From contig JAYUFG010000580.1 of NCBI GenBank assembly GCA_043738845.1, forward strand, positions 1 to 53,963: a DNA stretch of 53,963 nucleotides, written 5' to 3'. Source of the stretch: Planctomycetaceae bacterium (GTDB lineage Bacteria; Planctomycetota; Planctomycetia; Pirellulales; DASRSE01). Below the pieces are notes generated by a model. That model was given only the letters and a program-made list of their open reading frames with translations, made no database searches and was not told where the DNA came from. Both the position numbers and the translations under genes were made by a program. Positions 17,116 to 24,764 of the stretch are shown one piece after another. How positions within the stretch are numbered: position 1 is the stretch's first letter; each line of letters begins with the position of its first letter.

Positions 17116-17238
17116 AGTCCCGAAATAACTTCCCGATATCACATGTGATGCGTCCCTGCGGCCATTCCGGTTCCGCGTCGCTCCGCTGCGCGTCGCTGCT
17201 AACCTAAGATCGTAAGACCGGGAAGTTATTTCGGGACT
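17116..17238. repeat. REP-I: perfect 20-bp inverted repeat around an 83-bp loop
   Basis: AGTCCCGAAATAACTTCCCG (17116..17135) is the exact reverse complement of 17219..17238. The loop contains the palindrome ATCACATGTGAT and the direct repeat GCGTCGCTCC/GCGTCGCTGC. It lies between convergent genes. Confidence 0.85.
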
Positions 17239-17252
17239 GTTCCTAAGCCCGA

Positions 17253-17885
17253 TTATTCCGCCGCCGCCGAATCCGCTGGCCCGAGCTTCTCTCGCAAGCG
17301 ACGCATCGCACGTAGGTAACGCATTCCGGCGGCTGGCTCCGACAGGTGGAGCGATTGAGCAACTTCAGAATTGGATAGTTGCTCGAAGTGACGCATCAAC
17401 ACGACCTCTCGATCTTGCTCGTCGAGTTGCTCAATCGCGTCCTGAAAACGACGCTGCAATTCATGCCACGTCGCGGCGGCCGCTGGCGTAAGTTCCGGAT
17501 CGCAAATGCCCGCCACTAAATCGAGCGTCGATTGATCGAGTGGAACGGAAGCCTGTTTCTGCTCGCGGTCCACACTCCGCCGGGCCGCACCGCGGTGGCG
17601 GCGATGGGCGTCGATCAGGCGGTCCTTCGCCATTTGCCGCAGCCACAGGTGAAACGGAAATTGCGGATTGGCCAAATAGTCTTGCAACCGACGATTTGCC
17701 TCGACCAACACATCTTGCACGATGTCGCTCGCATCAACCCTTTGGGAAACGGCCCGATCCATTCGCAGATCAATCATCCGCCGCAACGACTCGCGATGGC
17801 GGTCGAGCAATTGATTCACGGCCACGGCGTCCCCCTGCCGGGCACCCGCGAGCAGCTCTTGCGTTTTTTCGGAGTCGGGCCACAT
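17253..17885 (-). CDS. ECF-type RNA polymerase sigma-70 family factor (no adjacent anti-sigma gene)
   Basis: 210 aa with sigma2 (DASDIVQDVLVEANRRLQDY..WLRQMAKDRLIDAHRRH) and sigma4 (REVVLMRHFEQLSNSEVAQSLHLSEPAAGMRYLRAMRRLRE) regions. Confidence 0.9.
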   Translation of the reverse strand: MWPDSEKTQELLAGARQGDAVAVNQLLDRHRESLRRMIDLRMDRAVSQRVDASDIVQDVLVEANRRLQDYLANPQFPFHLWLRQMAKDRLIDAHRRHRGAARRSVDREQKQASVPLDQSTLDLVAGICDPELTPAAAATWHELQRRFQDAIEQLDEQDREVVLMRHFEQLSNSEVAQSLHLSEPAAGMRYLRAMRRLREKLGPADSAAAE

Positions 17886-17925
17886 GGGGAAATGATGAAT
17901 GAGGAATGCTGAGCGATGAATGGGG
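17886..17925 (-). repeat. REP-E tail directly upstream of the sigma start codon
   Basis: In gene orientation it reads CCCCATTCATCGCTCAGCATTCCTCATTCATCATTTCCCC followed directly by the ATG (17885..17883). Confidence 0.8.
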
Positions 17926-18205
17926 AGTAGCGAGCGACAACTATCTGACTATGCGCTTCCGAGCGTTTCGCCGCAAGGGTGAACCAAGGAGAACGATGTT
18001 TCGTACCGATCCCAAGGACCAAAGCAACCTTCGCTAGCCCTTGCCGTGTGAATGCAAGCTGTTAGGATGAAAGGGCTTGAATCGCGAAGTGCGTGAGGCA
18101 ATCTGGCATAATTTCTCAAGCATCTTTCCAGCCTTGGTAACTGTTTTGCCGTTTGAAGTATCAGTAGGTTGACCGAGAATTTTCGGCGAGATTCGGGAAT
18201 ATAGG

Positions 18206-18339
18206 CTCACGCTAAGGCACAAAGCTCGCAAAGGAGTGTCTGAGAAAAAACGAATTTAACTCGTTGATGTTGTCATGGTGAATTTTTAGTTGTAATTCCT
18301 TCGATTTGTTCCTTAGCGAGCTTTGCGCCTTGGCGTGAG
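18206..18339. repeat. REP-H: 29-bp inverted repeat (26/29) around a 76-bp loop
   Basis: CTCACGCTAAGGCACAAAGCTCGCAAAGG (18206..18234) pairs with the reverse complement of CCTTAGCGAGCTTTGCGCCTTGGCGTGAG (18311..18339). Confidence 0.8.
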
Positions 18340-18381
18340 GTATTGCGATTTTTCTTCTAACCGACTAATCAGTTTCCAACC

Positions 18382-19056
18382 ATGTTGTTCCTCAAAGACG
18401 TCAAAAAATCGTTCGCCGAGCCGGGAGGTGGGCGGCTGTCGATCTTGGATATCGCCGAGTTTCGCGTCGGCGTCGGTGAACAGGTCGTGTTGATGGGCCG
18501 CAGCGGCTGCGGCAAAACAACGTTGTTACACGTGATCGCCGGAATTAGCCGACCTGACGCGGGAGTCGTGCAAGTGAAGAATAGTAATATCGCCGCCCTG
18601 CCGGAGTCGGAGCGGGATCAGTTTCGGGCACGAAATATCGGGTATGTTTTTCAAACGTTCAATTTGTTGCCCGGCTTTACGGCACTGGAAAATGTGCTGT
18701 TGGGAATGTCGTTCGCTGGCACGCACGCCGATTCCCACCGCGCGAAAATGCTTTTGGAACGGGTCGGGCTAGGCCATCGCATTCAGCACAAGCCGACGAT
18801 GATGTCGGTCGGCGAACAACAAAGGGTCGCCGTCGCGCGGTCATTGGCCAATCGGCCTTCGTTGCTGCTCGCCGATGAGCCGACGGCGAATGTGGACACC
18901 GGTCATCAACAGCAGATTATCGACTTGATTCGCGAAACATGTCGTGAGGAAAACGTGGCGTTGGTTCTTGTGACCCACACGCCGGAAGTCGCGAAGCAAT
19001 TCCCCCGGGTCGATTCGCTGGAAACAATCAACCGCGCCGTCGTGCGGTCGAACTAA
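18382..19056 (+). CDS. ABC transporter ATP-binding protein (LolD/MacB/FtsE-like), no adjacent permease
   Basis: Walker A GRSGCGKTTLL, signature MSVGEQQRVAVARSL and Walker B LLLADEPT. Confidence 0.9.
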   Translation: MLFLKDVKKSFAEPGGGRLSILDIAEFRVGVGEQVVLMGRSGCGKTTLLHVIAGISRPDAGVVQVKNSNIAALPESERDQFRARNIGYVFQTFNLLPGFTALENVLLGMSFAGTHADSHRAKMLLERVGLGHRIQHKPTMMSVGEQQRVAVARSLANRPSLLLADEPTANVDTGHQQQIIDLIRETCREENVALVLVTHTPEVAKQFPRVDSLETINRAVVRSN

Positions 19057-19438
19057 GACCGCGATTTGGATGTCTGCTCTTCAATTATTCTTCAACACTT
19101 TTCACCAACACTCATTTCGCCTTCTTCATTGGCACAGAGGGCCTGGGCCGCTGAAACGGAGAGTACCCGCGAAACACGGCCGGATGTCCCGCGTACTTGA
19201 AACGAAACTCTTGCGGCAAAGGCCGCGTTGGTTACAATAGAACGTAGTGCTTTGTCACGGCTAAAAAGAGGGATGTCGCTGTTGGGTACTACTGGCACCG
19301 GCGGTGCTGTTTTGGCGGCGTTTTTGGCGGTTGACACTGGCACACAAGGCAAAGTCCGTGGTACACAGTCACACCATGCGGGTGTTACCAAGCAGTCGTG
19401 TCGTTATCCATCGTTTTTTCGTCGCTTTCGTGTTCATC

Positions 19439-19939
19439 ATGTCGCTCGATTTTTCTCTTGGCACGGTCGAAACGGCCCTCACTCCGTCGCAACGGTTCGA
19501 GGAGTTTCTGCAAAGTCGTGGCAAGCGGACCACGCAGCAACGTCGGATCATCGTCGAGCAAGTCTTCAGCCACCACGAGCACTTCGACGCCGAGACCTTG
19601 CTGATGGATCTTGCCCGCAGTGTGGGCGGAAGAAAAGTCAGCCGCCCCACGGTCTATCGGACACTTTCCGAATTGGTCGATTCCGGGCTATTGCGGATTA
19701 TGACCCTGGCCGGTCGGGCAATTTATGAACACGACTATGGTTATCCGCAACACGATCATCTGCATTGCACGGACTGCGACAAGCTGATTGAATTCGCCAG
19801 CGAAGATGTGCAAAAAATCCGCGACGCCGTCGCCCGAGAACATCAATTTCGCGTGACCGGACATCGGCTGATTATCAGCGGCGTGTGCGCAGACTGTCGT
19901 CAGGCCAAGCAGCGAAACCGTCCGCAGGATTTGATCTAA
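19439..19939 (+). CDS. Fur-family metalloregulator
   Basis: The ATG at 19439 (MSLDFSLGTVE..) is preferred. It has a winged helix (VSRPTVYRTLSELVDSGLL) and metal-site motifs HDHLHCTDCDKLIEF and CADC. Confidence 0.85.
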   Translation: MSLDFSLGTVETALTPSQRFEEFLQSRGKRTTQQRRIIVEQVFSHHEHFDAETLLMDLARSVGGRKVSRPTVYRTLSELVDSGLLRIMTLAGRAIYEHDYGYPQHDHLHCTDCDKLIEFASEDVQKIRDAVAREHQFRVTGHRLIISGVCADCRQAKQRNRPQDLI

Positions 19940-19988
19940 ACGAGTCCGTTCTGAGTTGGGCCGTGGATTGAAACGCTCAATCGCGCGG

Positions 19989-20603
19989 TTAATAAACGGT
20001 CTTTATCCAACAGCAAATTTGCGTCCAAATTTTTTCTTCGCGAGGATCGGCGTAAGATCCTTCCAAAACACCGACCCGGAGTTCACCAAACCCTTTGTCG
20101 CCAGGTTCGCCCAGGATCGGGGGTCCGGACTCGGGCGTTTCCGCGAAGAGTCCGTTACCAACCGGCCGCAATGCGTTCGGGTGCGGAAAAGTGGCCAGTC
20201 GCATCGGTCCCACCATACACACCGGTTCGACGCCTGGCTGCACCACCCCGACATCTCCCTTTCTGTCGATGATAACTTGTTTTGCATCTTTCGGAATGGT
20301 GATGGATGGCGCGAGCATTCGCCCGTTACAATCCGTCGTCCTCCGCAGATTTCCATCGGCATTGGCCTCAAAATTGCCCGTCCGGGTGTACAGCGTCCGC
20401 ACCGTTTTCCCAGAATCATCGCTGATCAGAAAAAATCCATTTCCTTCAATCGCCAGATCAAGTTCACGGCCCGTACTAATCGTTGGTCCTTGCGTGAAAT
20501 TGGAACTATCACAGCCCAGCAAGAAAATTGTCAACGCGACGAGGCCGGTCAATAGAATGGAATGTTTGCTTTGCACGTTTGTGATCCTTACAGGCTTGCT
20601 CAT
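19989..20603 (-). CDS. lipoprotein consisting of a FlgG/FlgF-like flagellar rod core domain only
   Basis: The ATG at 20603 gives MSKPVRITNVQSKHSILLTGLVALTIFLLGCDSS (signal peptide plus LLGC lipobox). The body aligns by eye with the FlgG core (LDLAIEGNGFF, YTRTGNF, ITIPKDA, LATFPHPNAL..GNGLF, LEGS). The N-terminal rod helix domain is absent, and the C-terminal helix is truncated and degenerate. Confidence 0.7.
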   Translation of the reverse strand: MSKPVRITNVQSKHSILLTGLVALTIFLLGCDSSNFTQGPTISTGRELDLAIEGNGFFLISDDSGKTVRTLYTRTGNFEANADGNLRRTTDCNGRMLAPSITIPKDAKQVIIDRKGDVGVVQPGVEPVCMVGPMRLATFPHPNALRPVGNGLFAETPESGPPILGEPGDKGFGELRVGVLEGSYADPREEKIWTQICCWIKTVY

Positions 20604-20632
20604 GTAGGTCAGGTACCCCATACCTGACCTAC
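20604..20632. repeat. REP-A short variant (single hairpin GTAGGTCAGGTAcccc.TACCTGACCTAC)
   Basis: A 12-bp perfect stem that nearly fills the 25-bp spacer between the stop of the 434-aa gene (20629..20631) and the ATG of the FlgG-like gene (20603). Confidence 0.85.
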
Positions 20633-21933
20633 GGTACTCGCTTCACTCGCAACTTCGCACCCGACGGATTGGAGCTTTCCGCATCGGCCGGGACGACCAG
20701 TTGCGGGAGCAATAAATGCTCCAACAGCCAGTGGCTTTCGTGACTGGCGGGAACCTGCACCTCGCTGGCCGGGACGAGTGCCCGGATGAGATTCAACACG
20801 GGTTGCGGCTGTTCTTTCGGCTCCAGCAATAATGGACCACTTCGCGTTTCGATCATCGCGCCGGGCAGACCGTCGCGACATTGCCCGCCAAAGACCAAAC
20901 CCTTTTTGCTCAGCACGAATGAAAAAGCAAATTGCTCATAGGGATTTAGCTCGGTCGATTCTTCGGCCAAGCGACCCGGCTCCCAATGCAAATTCTCAAA
21001 CAGAGCGAACAACAGCGTGCGGCCAACAACGCCCGGCCCCGCTTTGAACGACCCTTCCGCTTCTTCGAGGCGTCCCTGCTTGATGACCCCTTTTTGAATC
21101 GTGACGTTCGCTGTCCCGCTCAGATGATGCGGAAACTGATTTGTAACGAGTCGCCCCAGATCGAGTTGAGCCAACTGGCCACTCAGTTCTCCCTCCCAAC
21201 CGCCGACCGTATCTTTCGCCCACAACGAGCCGCGAAAGGTTGCCTTTGGTCCGAGCGAATCACTCTTCATGCCCAGCAGCGTACACAGCACATCACACGG
21301 AAGTGATCCGCCGCCGGTGTGCAGTTCCACATTGGTCGTCGGTGGCGAAGTCTGGCGATCCCGCTCGATCCGAATTTTGGCCGTGTCGAGCATCTCGACG
21401 CCCGCCAATCGAAAATTCACCAGCAGCGCACTGCCTCGTTCGGTCGGTTCGATCTGTGCCCTGAGTTCGGTGAACGTCTGGGCCGACTTCTCACCGTGCA
21501 ACGTCATTTCCGCCGCGACGAACCGGACGGGAACTTCCGCATCCGACGTTTGCCGTCGCAGTCGTCTCGCCAAAAGTTCCCACACGGCGGGCCACTGTGC
21601 CCCGCGAATCTCCGGCTGAGAGGCGATTAGCACGAACGTCTCTTGGTTGTAACCGACCTCGATCACGCGGGCTTTGAAAAACGGTTCGCTCGCTTCCGGC
21701 TCTGCCAGTTCGACGCCGCGATACAGCACCACGCCCGGCCGGGGATACTCGACCTCGGCGATTTTCGCCAGAACGCCCAACCGATTGGCCAACTCGCGTT
21801 CACACTCGCCCATCCGGCTCGACGCATGTCGCGCAGCACACCAAGCAATCACCGCCAACGTCGGCACCACGCAGCCGAAGAAAAATCCGGCGCGGCACAA
21901 GAGGCGGCGAGTGTGGTCGTGTAGAAGGAACAT
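20629..21933 (-). CDS. membrane-anchored hypothetical protein (434 aa)
   Basis: Long ORF with an N-terminal TM segment (AGFFFGCVVPTLAVIAWCAA). I recognise no domain. It is co-directional with aroC upstream and the FlgG-like lipoprotein downstream. Confidence 0.7.
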   Translation of the reverse strand: MFLLHDHTRRLLCRAGFFFGCVVPTLAVIAWCAARHASSRMGECERELANRLGVLAKIAEVEYPRPGVVLYRGVELAEPEASEPFFKARVIEVGYNQETFVLIASQPEIRGAQWPAVWELLARRLRRQTSDAEVPVRFVAAEMTLHGEKSAQTFTELRAQIEPTERGSALLVNFRLAGVEMLDTAKIRIERDRQTSPPTTNVELHTGGGSLPCDVLCTLLGMKSDSLGPKATFRGSLWAKDTVGGWEGELSGQLAQLDLGRLVTNQFPHHLSGTANVTIQKGVIKQGRLEEAEGSFKAGPGVVGRTLLFALFENLHWEPGRLAEESTELNPYEQFAFSFVLSKKGLVFGGQCRDGLPGAMIETRSGPLLLEPKEQPQPVLNLIRALVPASEVQVPASHESHWLLEHLLLPQLVVPADAESSNPSGAKLRVKRVP

Positions 21934-22035
21934 CCGTGTTTAGGAAACGATGAACTATGAACATTCAACAGTGAACAAAAAAGGCATCCCGTTCCTTGTT
22001 CATTGTTGAATGTTCCCAGTTCCCAGTTTCCTCAC
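21934..22035 (-). repeat. REP-E full cassette (E1) filling the aroC-stop to next-ATG interval
   Basis: In gene orientation it reads GTGAGGAAAC (containing the aroC TGA, 22032..22034) .. GAACATTCAACAATGAAC - loop - GTTCACTGTTGAATGTTC .. TTCATCGTTTCCTAAACACGG, then ATG (21933). The inner stem is 21959..21976 / 21998..22015 (17/18). The outer stem AGGAAAC/GTTTCCT is 21942..21948 / 22026..22032. Confidence 0.85.
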
Positions 22036-23171
22036 CTTTCCCTGGCCATTTTCAAAAACAAATCGTATCGTGCTTTCATTTCAATCAAACTGTCGCCTCC
22101 GAATTTTTCGATCAAGGCGACCGCAACTTCAAACGCCACGACCGCCTCGACGATTACGCCCGCTGCGGAAACGGCACAGACGTCGCTCCGTTCATAGGCG
22201 GCCATCTCGGCCTGTTTGGTTCCCAAATTGACCGAGGCCAGCGGTTTGCGCAGCGTGCTGATTGGCTTCATGGCCGCCCGGACCACCAGCGGCTGACCAT
22301 TGGTCATGCCCGCCTCAAGTCCCCCGGCATTGTTCGTCGGCCGCACATAACCCAAACAGGCCGTTTCACGTTTCGACTCATCAAACAAAATCGGATCGTG
22401 AACTTGCGAGCCGCGCCGCCGGGCCGCTTCAAAGCCCAGCCCGATCTCGACCCCCTTGATCGCTTGCACCGCCATCACCGCCTGAGCCAAACGTCCGTCG
22501 AGTTTGCGGTCCCACTGTGCGTGTGTCCCCAGCCCAAACGGCAGGCCCTCGACGCGAACCTCCAACACGCCGCCGAGCGTATCTCCTTCCTTGCCGCAGA
22601 CGTCGATCAGTTGCTTGACTTCTTCGTCGCGGTCTGGATTGAGTGAATATATTTCGCTTGCGTCGCGAATCGTTTTTTGTTCTTCCAGCGTCCCCGGCTT
22701 GGGTTCCAAGGCGATCCCGCCGAGTTCAACCACGTAACCAAACGGCGTGATCCCGAACTCTCGCAAAAGTTGCTTGGCGATTGCACCCGCCGCCACGCGG
22801 ACAGTCGTCTCTCGCGCACTGGCCCGTTCGAGAACACCGCGAATCGAACCGAGATATTTGATCGCCCCGGTCAAGTCTCCATGTCCCGGTCGCGGTCGCT
22901 CCAGGTCGCCCAGCTTTTCGAGCTTGTGGTCTTTGTTGACGACCTGTAAAGCGATGGGACTTCCGAGGGTCGTCATCTGCCAGACGCCCGACAGGATTTC
23001 GACCTGATCGGTTTCAATGCGTTGCCGCCCGCCGCGACCGTAACCACCTTGGCGACGGCGAAGTTCGGAGTCGATCGAGTCGGTCTCAAGTTTTACACCA
23101 GCGGGAAACCCATCGATCAAGGCAACGAGTGCCTTGCCATGCGATTCGCCAGCGGTCCAGTAACGTAACAT
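22032..23171 (-). CDS. aroC: chorismate synthase
   Basis: N-terminus MLRYWTAGESHGKALVALIDGFPAG, RPGHGDL, and a length of 379 aa. It shows the typical AroC signatures throughout. Confidence 0.95.
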   Translation of the reverse strand: MLRYWTAGESHGKALVALIDGFPAGVKLETDSIDSELRRRQGGYGRGGRQRIETDQVEILSGVWQMTTLGSPIALQVVNKDHKLEKLGDLERPRPGHGDLTGAIKYLGSIRGVLERASARETTVRVAAGAIAKQLLREFGITPFGYVVELGGIALEPKPGTLEEQKTIRDASEIYSLNPDRDEEVKQLIDVCGKEGDTLGGVLEVRVEGLPFGLGTHAQWDRKLDGRLAQAVMAVQAIKGVEIGLGFEAARRRGSQVHDPILFDESKRETACLGYVRPTNNAGGLEAGMTNGQPLVVRAAMKPISTLRKPLASVNLGTKQAEMAAYERSDVCAVSAAGVIVEAVVAFEVAVALIEKFGGDSLIEMKARYDLFLKMARER

Positions 23172-23429
23172 CCCCCAATTTTAGTCGGCCAAGCCCGATG
23201 AAGCTAGGTCGATTCGTTACGAAAACGCCGACAAATGTCGATTATACTTCGCTTAGCCGGTCGGCCACGACCGCCAGCCCCGCCTATCAAACGCTATCGC
23301 CCCCATCCTCTCCGTTGGCGTGTTGACACTCGTCCAAGACCATCGAGAATAACGCTTGGTCGGAGCGCAGGTCATCCAGGTGCCGTTGGCAAATATCGGA
23401 GCCGAGATAACCAACTTGGTCAGGGGCGT

Positions 23430-23900
23430 CTACTTGCGTCGATAGACCACGATGCTCACGTCCAGGGGCAGATTGATTGATTTCATTTCGCCTTCCATGA
23501 TCGTTCTCGCAGATTCCTGGTTGAATCCGCCTGATCCGGCTCCGATCAGCGGGAGAGCAATCGACTGAAAGCCCTTTTCGTGGGCGAGAGCGAGTGCGTT
23601 ACGAACGGAATACCGGATTGACCATTCCGATGCTCGCCAGAGCATGTTGATCCCGGCGACGTGGATGATTCCCTGGAACGGCAGGAGACCGGCCGAGGTC
23701 AGCACGGCTCCTCCCAGCGGGATTGAGCCGTGCTTACGCAGTTCCTTGAACGGGCCGGTGCCACCTCGTCGCTTGATGGCACCCGACACACCCTGCGGAA
23801 GCAGCAGCCACCACGGAATCATGTTGCGGTTCCAAGCATTGACGATTACGTCAACGTGTTGATCGAGCAAATCGCCTTCGAGGATCGTTACATTCATCAT
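23430..23900 (-). CDS. macro domain (ADP-ribose-binding/hydrolase) protein
   Basis: Motifs VDVIVNAWN, GVSGAIKRRGG, IIHVAG and ALPLIGAGSGGF. Starts at the ATG at 23900; the track start at 23909 is a TTG. Confidence 0.85.
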   Translation of the reverse strand: MMNVTILEGDLLDQHVDVIVNAWNRNMIPWWLLLPQGVSGAIKRRGGTGPFKELRKHGSIPLGGAVLTSAGLLPFQGIIHVAGINMLWRASEWSIRYSVRNALALAHEKGFQSIALPLIGAGSGGFNQESARTIMEGEMKSINLPLDVSIVVYRRK

Positions 23901-23942
23901 GCACCGCAATTACTTTGTAGGGTTGCCGTCCAGGGAGAACTG

Positions 23943-24257
23943 CTATTCCGAATAAAAGATTGCCAGCCAGATCGTCGGCTGATCTGGATCGGTCCATTCA
24001 ACCCGGTGACGTTGGTGCGCCGGAATGTTGAGGAAGTCGCCAGGTTTCAGCGGCACAACTTCGTCCTCGATCCTCAATCGGGCCGCCCCTTGCAACAGCA
24101 CGACGAATTCGTGTTGATCCTGGTCGTACCAAAAACCTTCTGGCGAAAATTGTCCGTGGGACACGATCCGCTCAATTTGCAGATTCGGTCGGCTGAGAAT
24201 CGTCTGAACGAGTTCCTCGGGAGGGTCGTGGAGTATTTCGGCGAAAAGGTTGGGCAT
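23943..24257 (-). CDS. cupin domain protein
   Basis: Cupin-like G.F.P..FWYDQDQHEFVVLLQG...PGDFLNIPAHQRHRV. I start it at the ATG at 24257 (MPNLFAEIL), 2 nt after the stop of the upstream small ORF. Confidence 0.75.
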   Translation of the reverse strand: MPNLFAEILHDPPEELVQTILSRPNLQIERIVSHGQFSPEGFWYDQDQHEFVVLLQGAARLRIEDEVVPLKPGDFLNIPAHQRHRVEWTDPDQPTIWLAIFYSE

Positions 24258-24259
24258 GA

Positions 24260-24526
24260 TTATTCGCTCAGCACGTCCTCGTCCCACCAGATATGGATGG
24301 CTACCGTCATTCCATCCTGAACGATACCGAGCGAGGTGCGAACCCGTTTGGTTGGATTGTCCTCTTGCCAGTCCAAGACGGCTCGGTTGAGAAAGATCGG
24401 CAAGTCGGTGCTTTTAGGAGGGCTTTTTTCCGCTCGGAAATAAGCCCACCGTCGCTTGTCGTTGGTCGTACAGGCGATTACGACCTTTTGATCGCCGTTT
24501 CCGTTCGAACCTCGATTTCGATCCAT
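24260..24526 (-). CDS. small hypothetical protein (88 aa), tightly coupled to the cupin gene
   Basis: ATG at 24526 and stop at 24260..24262, 2 nt before the cupin ATG. I recognise no domain. Confidence 0.45.
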   Translation of the reverse strand: MDRNRGSNGNGDQKVVIACTTNDKRRWAYFRAEKSPPKSTDLPIFLNRAVLDWQEDNPTKRVRTSLGIVQDGMTVAIHIWWDEDVLSE

Positions 24527-24764
24527 GTTTGCACCTCTCGTCAGGTGTCGTAGCTTGGGATTTTGTTCTGCACCACGAACATTTTACCCGATTAGGGCAG
24601 GCTTGGGCAGAATCGGCTGGCAATCCGCTGACTATATTTTGGGACGTTCGCAGCCACGGTGATCTTCGCTTGCCGGAACTGAAACATTTCGCCAAAATGA
24701 TCGGCAGGTGTTTACGTCACGGCGGACAGTGCAGAAATGCAGCCATTTCGGAAGGAGCTAACTC

